Shown: positions 56,150 to 64,000 of the stretch, piece by piece
Numbering within the stretch: position 1 is the first letter of the stretch
Layout: the number at the start of each line of letters is the position of its first letter
Origin: an uncultured Bacteroidales bacterium
GTDB taxonomy: Bacteria > Bacteroidota > Bacteroidia > Bacteroidales > Muribaculaceae
DNA: 64,000 nucleotides
NCBI GenBank assembly: GCA_902792435.1
Contig: CADAZN010000014.1
Coordinates: 40,224-104,223 of the forward strand
Direction of reading: 5' to 3'
Notes under the pieces: generated by a model
Database searches by the model: none
What the model saw: only the letters and a program-made list of their open reading frames with translations
What the model was told of the DNA's origin: nothing
Program-made: the position numbers and the translations under genes

Positions 56150-57270
56150 AGTTTTGCCTCCTCCCGTCGGCTGGCGATTGGGTTTATGGCACCGTTCTCT
56201 ACTATCATCATTGAGTAGTCGCCACTCATCATCGAGACAATCTCGTCGAGGTGGGTGCGGTTAGTGTCGGTGATGAAAATCTGCCCGAAGTCCTGGCTGT
56301 TGCTCACCACATTGATGATGCTCACCACTCGCCGCTCGTCGAGCTTGTCGAAGATGTCGTCGAGGAGCAGGATGGGCGTTGTGCCGGTATATTTTTTCAA
56401 GAATTCAAACTGTGCCATGCGCAGAGCTATAGTATAGGTCTTGCACTGGCCTTGCGACCCCGTTTTGCGCATTGAGTGATTGCCGAGCCACAGGTCGATA
56501 TCGTCGCGGTGCACGCCGCGTGTGGTGTAGCCCATTATCATGTCGCGGTCGCGGTTGGCGTTGAGCAATTGCTGCATCGAGAGCTCGGTTAAGTGGCTCT
56601 TATAGCTCAGTCGCACCTGTTCGGCATCGCCCGAGATGGCGCTGTAGTAGCGCATGAAGATGGGGGTGAACTCCTCGAGCCATTGCTTGCGCGACTCGTG
56701 AAGCGTTGCAGCAGTACTATCCATTACGTTTTCCACGCTCTCATAGAGCAATGGGTCGCGGTAGTCGTTCTTTATCATCGAGTTGCGCTGTTCCAAGGCT
56801 TTGTTATAGCGGATGAGGGCATCAAGATACTTGCGGTTGCCTTGTGAGATAATCTGGTCCATGAGCCGGCGGCGCTCGTCGCCACCACCGCGAATCAGGT
56901 CCCAATCCAGTGGCGATATCATCACTAGCGGGAGTAGCCCAACGTGCTCGCTCAGTCGCTTGTAGTCCTTGCCATTGCGCTTCACCGTCTTGCGCTTACC
57001 TCGCTGCACACTGAGCGAAATCTCCTCGGTCGAGCCTTTGCGGCTATAACGACCTTGGAGCATCAAGAAGTTGGCATCATGGTTGATTGCTGCGCTGTGC
57101 TCGTTGTTGCTTGTGAAACTCTTGCAGTAGCTCAGGTAATAGATAGCGTCGAGCACATTGGTCTTGCCCATGCCATTATTGCCTATCAGGCAGTTGACTT
57201 TGGGCGAGAACTGCAATTGCGCCTCGGCGATATTCTTATAGTTCAATATTGTGAGCTGCTCAAGTGTCAT
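56146..57270 (-). CDS. recF: DNA replication/repair protein RecF
   Basis: Walker A GNNGMGKTNVLDAI, an SMC-like signature region and Walker B ILLLDDIFDKLD. Confidence 0.9.
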   Translation of the reverse strand: MTLEQLTILNYKNIAEAQLQFSPKVNCLIGNNGMGKTNVLDAIYYLSYCKSFTSNNEHSAAINHDANFLMLQGRYSRKGSTEEISLSVQRGKRKTVKRNGKDYKRLSEHVGLLPLVMISPLDWDLIRGGGDERRRLMDQIISQGNRKYLDALIRYNKALEQRNSMIKNDYRDPLLYESVENVMDSTAATLHESRKQWLEEFTPIFMRYYSAISGDAEQVRLSYKSHLTELSMQQLLNANRDRDMIMGYTTRGVHRDDIDLWLGNHSMRKTGSQGQCKTYTIALRMAQFEFLKKYTGTTPILLLDDIFDKLDERRVVSIINVVSNSQDFGQIFITDTNRTHLDEIVSMMSGDYSMMIVENGAINPIASRREEAKL

Positions 57271-57295
57271 AGCACTGCAAAGTTAATAAAAAGTT

Positions 57296-57449
57296 TTTAG
57301 TTATCAGTAATCAGTTATCAGTAATCAGTTTTCAGTAATCAGTTTTCAGCAATCAGTTTTTAGTTCTTAGTTCTCTAATCCCTAATCCCTCATCTCTCAT
57401 CCCTCATCCCTCATCCCTCATCCCTCATCTCTCATCCCTAATCATTAAT
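57296..57449. repeat. Heptanucleotide-phased degenerate tandem array, 22 units
   Basis: Splits without any phase slip into tttagtt atcagta atcagtt atcagta atcagtt ttcagta atcagtt ttcagca atcagtt tttagtt cttagtt ctctaat ccctaat ccctcat ctctcat ccctcat(x4) ctctcat ccctaat cattaat. Confidence 0.85.
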
Positions 57450-58379
57450 TTAGAACAGGAAGAAAAGCGACACGCCAGTCACCGAAATCAATGCACCTAG
57501 CACACTCTTGGCGGTTATGGGCTGCTTGAAGAGCCACCATGCCGGCAGGATGATAATGATGGGTGTCAATGCCATAAGGGTGCTGGCGATGCCGGCACTA
57601 GTATATTGCACGGCGAGCAACGAGCATCCCACTCCCACAAAGGGGCCAAAGATTGTTGTCAATGTGGCAACTGTCATGCTTGTGCGGTCGGTCACGTTCT
57701 TGCGCAGCGAGGTGAAACCTTCGCGGAAAGCGAGCAAGAGGAAGAAGCCTGTGATACCCGCCAGACAGCGGAAAACGTTGGCATAGAAAGGCAATATCCA
57801 TGGCTCGCAAGGTGCTGCCAGCGAGGCTTCGTAGTGATCCATACCTATTTTGCTCAGCACAAGACCCACGCCTTGGCACACGGCGGCACCTATGGCAAAG
57901 AGCACTCCGTTGAGAGGCAACTTGAGCGAGAGACGATGGCTGCCATCGCCACGGCCAAGCACCGTGATGGCGATACCCGTGAGTGTTACCACCATGGCTA
58001 CAATGCCCATGGGCCTTATCTCCTGTCCTAGTGTGAACCACGCCATGATGGCGGCGGTAATGGGCGCCAGTGTCATGAACAGTTGGCCGAACTTCGATCC
58101 AATGATGATGTAGCATTGAAAGAGGCAGAAGTCGCCTATCACATAGCCCACAAGTCCTGAGAGCATCATCCACATGTAGGCCTCGCCACTAGCCTTGGCA
58201 GGCAACGGGCTGCCCGTCACCACCCAAAACAAGATAGCCGAGAACACTAAAGTGATGGCCATGCGCACAAAGTTGAGCGTCACGTTGCCCATGCGCTTGC
58301 TGCCCATTTCACTGAGCAGTGCTGTCGCGGTCCACGAGAATGCCACGCCAATTGATATCAGTTCGCCTAAATATTGCAT
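57450..58379 (-). CDS. EamA/DMT-superfamily transporter
   Basis: Ten TM segments arranged as two EamA-like halves. Confidence 0.75.
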   Translation of the reverse strand: MQYLGELISIGVAFSWTATALLSEMGSKRMGNVTLNFVRMAITLVFSAILFWVVTGSPLPAKASGEAYMWMMLSGLVGYVIGDFCLFQCYIIIGSKFGQLFMTLAPITAAIMAWFTLGQEIRPMGIVAMVVTLTGIAITVLGRGDGSHRLSLKLPLNGVLFAIGAAVCQGVGLVLSKIGMDHYEASLAAPCEPWILPFYANVFRCLAGITGFFLLLAFREGFTSLRKNVTDRTSMTVATLTTIFGPFVGVGCSLLAVQYTSAGIASTLMALTPIIIILPAWWLFKQPITAKSVLGALISVTGVSLFFLF

Positions 58380-59113
58380 TTGCTACTATTTAAATCATCT
58401 TGTTCTCGTTCCCGAATTATTGCTACCGACGCAACCGCCCCTGTGAGCTTTATTGTCTTGAAAATAGCGTTAGGCGACAATTCCGACAAGGGCATCACTT
58501 CGCCATCGCTTGTAATATCAAACGATGGGAACTCATGAGTCAATCCACGGCCTGTAGCCTTGGCATAGCACTCCTTGAGAGTCCACAGCTGGGTGAAAAA
58601 CAACTCCTGCTCATCAATGCTTGCCATTGCATCAAGACGTGCAATCTCGGCTTCGCTCATCGTGTATTCCACAAGGCCACGGCGGAGCTTGACAATAGTT
58701 TGCACATCAACTCCTACAGGCCCATCGCCTAGCGCACATGCAACTAGAGTGCCACTGTGCGACAGGCTGAAGTGGAGTTCGGGATGGTTGAGCAGCAAGG
58801 GCTTGCCATGTTCGCCCGAGGCATATTCCATGTCGCGCTCACGCAGCCCATGCTCCATGAGCATGTTGTCGAGCAGCAGCCCGGCACCGGCACTGAGCCA
58901 CTTGCCGCGTTCAAAGCGGTAAGGAGCCACCTTCTCGCGACGGTAGCGCGACAATTGGCGCAATGCGTCGTCAAGAGCCCCAGGAGCTCCCAGTGGTTCC
59001 ACATTGGCAATCTTTACCACGCAGTTGCGCAATGTGAATTGTCTCAATATCTCAATGCCTTGCATCATTGTTTTTCGTGCAAAAGTATTATAAATCTCGC
59101 ATATGACCAACAA
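58367..59113 (-). CDS. 4'-phosphopantetheinyl transferase (Sfp-type)
   Basis: GKPLL...FSLSHSG, VGVDVQ and WTLKECYAKATG motifs. The true start may be MMQGIE at about 59068. It overlaps the downstream gene by 13 nt. Confidence 0.75.
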   Translation of the reverse strand: MLVICEIYNTFARKTMMQGIEILRQFTLRNCVVKIANVEPLGAPGALDDALRQLSRYRREKVAPYRFERGKWLSAGAGLLLDNMLMEHGLRERDMEYASGEHGKPLLLNHPELHFSLSHSGTLVACALGDGPVGVDVQTIVKLRRGLVEYTMSEAEIARLDAMASIDEQELFFTQLWTLKECYAKATGRGLTHEFPSFDITSDGEVMPLSELSPNAIFKTIKLTGAVASVAIIREREQDDLNSSKCNI

Positions 59114-59122
59114 GTTGCCTCT

Positions 59123-59968
59123 TTATGCAAGTAGTGTGCCCGTGGCAATTACTGAGATGTTGCCTCCAGCCCAAATGGTGCCGTCGTCGAGCAATGATGT
59201 CTCAACTACCGAAGGGCGTCCCATAACCTCGCCTTGAAGGAAACGGCACTCGGCCAAACCATTAATGATGCCGTTGTGGTGCAGATAGTGGGTCAAGGCG
59301 GCATTTGCAGTGCCTGTGGCGCTCTCCTCGGGAATGCCATAGAGTGGTCCGAAGTTGCGCACGTGGGCGGTATACTCATCGTCCTCAATGGCAAAGGCAT
59401 GCACGCCAGTAACGCCCAGCTCCTTGCTCAACTGTGCCAGTGCGTCCATGTCGGGACGCAGAGCATTGAGCTCATCAACGCTTGCCACTGGCATCATTAT
59501 GTCGGGGAGGCCAGTACTCACCACCATCACGGGGAGATTTTCAGGCGCTCTCTCAACACCCATAATGCTGTGCAAACGTTCCACATCGACCTTGGCGGGC
59601 AACACCTGTGGCGATGCCATCTCCATCATTACCTTACCGCCAACTTTAACCTTTAGGTCGCCAGCCAGAGTGTGGTTGAGGCACATCGTCCCAACAGGAA
59701 CTGCGCCCGATTGGCCAAGCGCCCCAAAGGTGGCGACGGTGGCATGACCGCACAGGTCCACCTCGCCGCAACCAGTGAAGTAGCGCACCGTGAATTCGGC
59801 CTCGCCGTGGCGTTTCACAAACGCCGTCTCCGAATACCGGAACTCAGCAGCCACCTGCTGCATGAATTCATCGCTAGGGAACTCTTTCCCATCCTCAATC
59901 AGCACCACCCCAGCAGTATTCCCACCAAAAGGTTTCTCAGTAAACGCGTCAACAATATAGTACCTCAT
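59123..59968 (-). CDS. PhzF-family isomerase
   Basis: FGGNTAGVV, SETAFV and CGHATVA motifs. Confidence 0.8.
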   Translation of the reverse strand: MRYYIVDAFTEKPFGGNTAGVVLIEDGKEFPSDEFMQQVAAEFRYSETAFVKRHGEAEFTVRYFTGCGEVDLCGHATVATFGALGQSGAVPVGTMCLNHTLAGDLKVKVGGKVMMEMASPQVLPAKVDVERLHSIMGVERAPENLPVMVVSTGLPDIMMPVASVDELNALRPDMDALAQLSKELGVTGVHAFAIEDDEYTAHVRNFGPLYGIPEESATGTANAALTHYLHHNGIINGLAECRFLQGEVMGRPSVVETSLLDDGTIWAGGNISVIATGTLLA

Positions 59969-60113
59969 AAATATTCTAGTTTAAGGTTACAAAGGTAGAT
60001 AAAAAGATTGTTAGTGTGTCTACGTTAACAATAAAATGTTTACCTTTGTGGGAGTTTTTGAAAAAAGAGAACAAAGAAATTTGTCCTTAATTGTTTTAAA
60101 AAAGTGATAACTA

Positions 60114-60830
60114 ATGGTTGAGATTGGTGATATTTTCCAGCGCACTGAGATGTTGCTTGGCAAGGAGGCGGTGGCTGCGCTTGCCGAGTGCCGTGTAGCG
60201 GTGTTTGGCGTGGGCGGCGTGGGCGGCTATGCCGTCGAGGTGCTGGCGCGCAGTGGGGTAGGGGCGATTGACCTCTATGACAACGATGTGGTGGCTCCAT
60301 CCAATATCAACCGTCAGATTATCGCTACCACTAGCACCATTGGCCGTCACAAGGTGGATGTGGCGGTAGAGCGGGTGCGCGACATCAACCCCGCTTGCAA
60401 GGTGCAGGGCTTCAAGATGTTTTACGTTGTGGCCAATGCCGATGAGGTGGACCTCTCGCAATATGACTATGTTGTCGACTGCATTGACACTGTGAGTGCC
60501 AAGATGGAACTCGTGCGTCGTTGCACGCGGTTGGGTGTGCCCATCATTTGCAGCATGGGAGCAGCCAATAAGTTAGATGCCAGCGCATTCCGCGTAGCCG
60601 ACATCAGCGACACCGATGTGGATCCACTCGCACGCATCATGCGCAAAAAGCTGCGCAAGGAAGGCATCGAGCACTTCAAGTGCGTTTTCAGCAAGGAGCA
60701 GCCCCGTGAGCCATTAACTACTCAAGAGTCACAAGAAGGTTCACGGCCCATCCCCGCCAGCAACGCCTGGGTGCCGGCAGCAGCAGGCCTCATCCTGGGT
60801 GGAGAAGTTGTCCTTGACCTTATTCGCTAA
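60114..60830 (+). CDS. tcdA: ThiF/E1-like tRNA threonylcarbamoyladenosine dehydratase (TcdA-like)
   Basis: Rossmann motif VAVFGVGGVGGYAVEVLARSG plus DNDVVAPSNINRQ. A TACCTTTG -7 box lies at 60041-60048. Confidence 0.75.
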   Translation: MVEIGDIFQRTEMLLGKEAVAALAECRVAVFGVGGVGGYAVEVLARSGVGAIDLYDNDVVAPSNINRQIIATTSTIGRHKVDVAVERVRDINPACKVQGFKMFYVVANADEVDLSQYDYVVDCIDTVSAKMELVRRCTRLGVPIICSMGAANKLDASAFRVADISDTDVDPLARIMRKKLRKEGIEHFKCVFSKEQPREPLTTQESQEGSRPIPASNAWVPAAAGLILGGEVVLDLIR

Positions 60831-61374
60831 TTTCCAAATTTTGCATCAATAGCTTAGCGAGACGCTGGGCAGTGTCGTTGATTTCCTCTTCGTTCTCGAG
60901 ATAGGTAGAGTCAAACTGCAACTGTGCTTTCTTGTAGAACTTGTTCCTTGCTTTCAATCCTTTTTTTACCGATTCCTTTATCTCCTCGTCGCTCATGTTG
61001 TTGAGCAACGGACGCTTGCTGCGCTGCTCAGGAAGCACCAGGCGCGAAGTGATGCGCTCAACGCTCGTACGCAGCCACACCGTGACGCCCACGCGGTTCA
61101 TCAGCTCCATGTTGCCTGGTTGCAGCGGAGTGCCACCGCCACACGCCACAATCGCGTTACCACCAGTGCCAGCAACCTCCTCAAGAGCCTCACGCTCCAA
61201 TTGGCGGAAATGAGCCTCGCCATGCGTCATGAAGACCTCCTTCGCCGTCATCCCGCACTTCTCCTCAATAAAAACGTCAAGGTCGACAAACCGCCAGCCA
61301 AGCAACCGCGCCAGCGGCTCCCCAAGCGTCGTCTTCCCGCACCCCATATATCCTATCAAAAACACAGCCTTCAT
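60820..61374 (-). CDS. aroK: Shikimate kinase
   Basis: GYMGCGKTTLG P-loop, with FRQLE and GGG motifs. The ATG at 61374 gives MKAVFLIG. The 3' end overlaps the convergent tcdA-like gene by 11 nt. Confidence 0.85.
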   Translation of the reverse strand: MKAVFLIGYMGCGKTTLGEPLARLLGWRFVDLDVFIEEKCGMTAKEVFMTHGEAHFRQLEREALEEVAGTGGNAIVACGGGTPLQPGNMELMNRVGVTVWLRTSVERITSRLVLPEQRSKRPLLNNMSDEEIKESVKKGLKARNKFYKKAQLQFDSTYLENEEEINDTAQRLAKLLMQNLEISE

Positions 61375-61546
61375 CGCCCACAAAAATACACATTTTCTCC
61401 CTCACCACAAAATCAAAACAAATTTTTGCTGCGAAAGCAATCATTCAGAGTTCAGAATTGCCTCGTAAATAAAAATCAAAAACTTTGTCTTTGATTTTGC
61501 ATTTATCTCGTCTTGCACTATCTTTGCGAGGAAAAAGAAAAAGACT

Positions 61547-62203
61547 ATGTCGAGCAATAAGAGAAAATGGTATGTGGTGTGGGTAGGTACCGAGCAAGGT
61601 ATCTGCGACACGTGGACCGAGTGCCAGCTGCGCACCAAGGGCTATCCTGGGGCTCGCTACAAGAGCTTCGACAACCAGGAGGATGCTATTGAGGCGTGGC
61701 GCAATGGATATGAGGAGGAGGCACGCAATGTGCTGCGAGCCATCGCCAACGCACCTCGTCGCAAGGACGAGGTAGACTACACTCTCATTCCCGAAATCAT
61801 CCCCGGCAGCTGGGCAGTGGATGCCGCCTGCAGCAAGAATCCAGGCGCGTTGGAATATCGCGGCGTGGATGTCTACACTGGCGCACAAATCTTCCATAAG
61901 GGCCCCTTCCTGCAGGGAACCAACAACATTGGCGAGTTCCTCGCTATCGTGCATGCCCTAGCGTTGCTCTACAACCGCGGCGACTCGACCACTGCCATCT
62001 ACAGCGACAGCCGCACGGCACAAATTTGGGTAAAAAAACGCAAATGCGGTACCAAACTCGAACGTACGCCACAAAACTCGCAACTGCTCGACATCGTGGC
62101 TCGCGCCGAGCAATGGCTGCAGACACACTCCACCAGCAATCCCATCTACAAGTGGCAAACCGATAAATGGGGCGAAATCCCCGCCGACTTTGGCCGAAAA
62201 TAA
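61547..62203 (+). CDS. rnhA: Ribonuclease HI with N-terminal hybrid-binding (dsRHbd) domain
   Basis: KWYVVWVGTEQGICDTWTEC...YKSFDNQEDAIEAW (dsRHbd), then an RNase H core (WAVDAACS, NNIGEFLAIVHAL, IYSDS). A TATCTTTG -7 box lies at 61519-61526. Confidence 0.85.
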   Translation: MSSNKRKWYVVWVGTEQGICDTWTECQLRTKGYPGARYKSFDNQEDAIEAWRNGYEEEARNVLRAIANAPRRKDEVDYTLIPEIIPGSWAVDAACSKNPGALEYRGVDVYTGAQIFHKGPFLQGTNNIGEFLAIVHALALLYNRGDSTTAIYSDSRTAQIWVKKRKCGTKLERTPQNSQLLDIVARAEQWLQTHSTSNPIYKWQTDKWGEIPADFGRK

Positions 62204-62221
62204 CACCAAGCAAAATAGAAG

Positions 62222-62248
62222 AAGCCCTAGACAAATCATCTAGGGCTT
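62222..62248. terminator. Hairpin between convergent rnhA and the dockerin-protein gene
   Basis: A 9-bp perfect stem aagccctag/ctagggctt with a 9-nt loop and T-rich sequence on both sides. Confidence 0.5.
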
Positions 62249-62259
62249 AAATCTTTCTA

Positions 62260-62294
62260 CTGAAAACTGATTACTGAGAACTGAAAGCTCTGCG
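62260..62294. repeat. Heptad array CTGANNN x5
   Basis: ctgaaaa ctgatta ctgagaa ctgaaag ctctgcg. Confidence 0.7.
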
Positions 62295-62297
62295 TTC

Positions 62298-63524
62298 TTA
62301 GTCAAGTAGTATGTTATAGATGGCTGTAATATCACCCGATGTGATGTTGCCGTCGCCATTAACATCGCTCGTAGAGAGATAAGTTTCGTCGCTATTGAGC
62401 AGGTAGTTGTAGAGTGCGGTGATGTCGGCCGCAGTTACGTTGCCGTCGCCGTTCACATCGCCAGGCTCTGCCGCAGCCACTGCATCGGGATGCAGGTCGA
62501 TGGCGCCACACACCTCGGTAGAGGTCTCGCCAAGCCAACCGCATTGCTGAAGCACTGCACAATACACCTTAACAAAGTCAATCTTCTTGAGCTCTTTGGG
62601 GGTTCCGTCATCATTCACAGCCCAGTCAAGCTTGAAGCCTTTGTTGGCTGTTTCATAGCCAGCAGGGTCATCATAGGTATAGCCATAAGACCAGTCGGTG
62701 CGGTTGTCAACATATCCCCAGTCATAGAATCGCTGAACCCAGTATTCTGTGTTGCCTGTGCCCTCGTTTGCGGCATTACATGGCAACTTGGTGCCCTCGA
62801 AGGTCAAGGTCTCACCCTCTACCCATTGTGGCCAATAGCTTTGACGATGGAAAGAGTTCTTTGAAACATATCCTTCCTGCAGGCTGTCAACACTGTTGCA
62901 AGTCCAACGGATGTACTCGGCATCGATAATTGATCCTGTTCCAGGAACTGGAACCTTGTCTTCATCGGGCTTGTAATAAGTGATTGTGAAATGATGCTGC
63001 GTGCGTGGATTGTAATATTCGCTGCCGGCAAGCTCATACCAGGGGTCATCGGGAATGCCGTTGCCGTTCACATCACGGCTCACCATCACGATGCCTGGCT
63101 CGCTGCTGCCACCCGCTGTTGAAGACCCTTGGGCCTGGAAACCATTGCCGAAAATCTGCAAGTCATACTCGCCCTCGACATTCACAACTGGGTGGTCGAA
63201 GCCAAACACAACATATCCGCCAAATGAGCCCAGACTTATCATGCCTGGCTTCACGTTGTGGGTAGTGTCGTTAACAACGACAATAGAGCCGTCGGGCATC
63301 TCCACTTCCTCGCTTGTGATAGTTGTCTTGCCGCAAATAGCCTTCTCGGCACGGGCAATAACACTGTCGCGAGGTTCACCTTGAACATAGTTATACGTAG
63401 GAAGTGTGTTGATAAACTGTCCTGGCGCTGGCACTAGGTCAAAAACCTTAGTGATGTAAGGCTTGTTCTGCGCTTGCACCATCAGTGCAATAAATACTAA
63501 CGATAAAAGTAATGTACGTTTCAT
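62298..63524 (-). CDS. Secreted hypothetical protein with C-terminal dockerin-like module
   Basis: Signal peptide MKRTLLLSLVFIALMVQA. The C-terminal DVNGDGNVTAADITALYNYLL...DVNGDGNITSGDITAIYNILLD lies at 62301-62462. Confidence 0.7.
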   Translation of the reverse strand: MKRTLLLSLVFIALMVQAQNKPYITKVFDLVPAPGQFINTLPTYNYVQGEPRDSVIARAEKAICGKTTITSEEVEMPDGSIVVVNDTTHNVKPGMISLGSFGGYVVFGFDHPVVNVEGEYDLQIFGNGFQAQGSSTAGGSSEPGIVMVSRDVNGNGIPDDPWYELAGSEYYNPRTQHHFTITYYKPDEDKVPVPGTGSIIDAEYIRWTCNSVDSLQEGYVSKNSFHRQSYWPQWVEGETLTFEGTKLPCNAANEGTGNTEYWVQRFYDWGYVDNRTDWSYGYTYDDPAGYETANKGFKLDWAVNDDGTPKELKKIDFVKVYCAVLQQCGWLGETSTEVCGAIDLHPDAVAAAEPGDVNGDGNVTAADITALYNYLLNSDETYLSTSDVNGDGNITSGDITAIYNILLD

Positions 63525-63543
63525 TTATGTTTCGTTTTTTAAT

Positions 63544-64000
63544 TTATTTCTCGTTTATGTTGTCTCCCAGGAACACGAAGTGGGCGGGTATGTCGCCAGT
63601 GCGCACGTCCCATTGTTTCACGCCCTCGGGGCTGAAGCAGTAGAGTCGCCCGGGCGAGATATAGTCCTTGGCGTCGGTGACATAAATTTCCTTGGTGATG
63701 GGATTGACAGCCACACTATAGGGCATCGTGATTTCCTTCTCGGTGCCATCGGTAATGAAATGGTCCGACACTAGCTCTAAAGTTGAGGTATTGATAAGAG
63801 CATAGGAAATCTCGTTCTGCATTGTCACATAACTGAACTGCACGCCAATGACATAGAGCGAGTCACCATCGAGCCACATGCTGCTCACCTCGGTGTCAAA
63901 GGTCTTGAGCAACCGCTCGTGGCGCGTGTCGTAGACAAACAGACGGCTTGGATTGTCGTAGTAGTCACCACGCGACGAAATCCACAGGTTACCATGCTTG
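63544..64000 (-). CDS. Beta-propeller-like (YncE/DUF5074-like) protein, 5' end outside the window
   Basis: The frame stays open upstream of the track's TTG start to position 64000 (...GNLWISSRGDYYDNPSRLFVYDTRHERLLKTFD...). The blade-like motif YVTDAKDYISPGRLYCFSPEG is present. Confidence 0.6.
   Translation of the reverse strand, partial: KHGNLWISSRGDYYDNPSRLFVYDTRHERLLKTFDTEVSSMWLDGDSLYVIGVQFSYVTMQNEISYALINTSTLELVSDHFITDGTEKEITMPYSVAVNPITKEIYVTDAKDYISPGRLYCFSPEGVKQWDVRTGDIPAHFVFLGDNINEK

Overview
This 64 kb window looks like a chromosomal segment from a Bacteroidota (Bacteroidales-like) genome. The evidence is TAnnTTTG-type -7 promoter boxes, a T9SS C-terminal sorting domain, DUF3667 proteins, C10 peptidases and the overall gene content. 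All calls come from reading the sequence and ORF translations by eye. No homology search was run, so family names are motif-based recognitions.

I annotate 45 protein-coding genes and one pseudogene. Housekeeping genes include pckA, pgi, recF plus a DUF721 gene, aroK, rnhA, a tcdA-like gene, rubrerythrin, a TrmH/SpoU methyltransferase, an Fe-ADH, an acyl-CoA ligase and an M13 peptidase. I saw no rRNA, tRNA, CRISPR array, transposase or integrase.

Four accessory blocks stand out:
1. 1-7345: a tightly coupled minus-strand three-gene module. It encodes an actin/HSP70-fold ATPase (SrfB-like), a large P-loop GTPase (SrfC-like) and a membrane protein with Listeria-Bacteroides repeats. The third gene is missing from the ORF track. 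I consider this the best candidate for an uncharacterised system.
2. 22608-29730: an AT-rich five-gene operon made of a C-protein, two m5C methyltransferases, a McrB-like NTPase and a McrC-like nuclease. This is LlaJI/BsuMI-type R-M architecture.
3. 46.8-55.8 kb: an expansion of C10 cysteine peptidases (three intact, one decayed). Each ends in a tandem dockerin-like Ca-binding module. The same module appears on an LRR protein at 39341-42670 and a secreted protein at 62298-63524.
4. 34029-34922: two adjacent secreted proteins, each built of five 17-aa repeats.

Independent of the genes, the intergenic spacers have an unusual grammar. At least 13 spacers are filled with degenerate tandem arrays that hold a strict 7-nt phase (two others hold 9 nt) while the repeated word changes. 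In gene sense the words are stop-codon-rich, and the arrays often begin at the upstream gene's own stop codon. The spacer at 21.5-22.4 kb also holds a composite 171-bp/75-bp repeat structure, and a 29-nt core from it recurs downstream of pckA.
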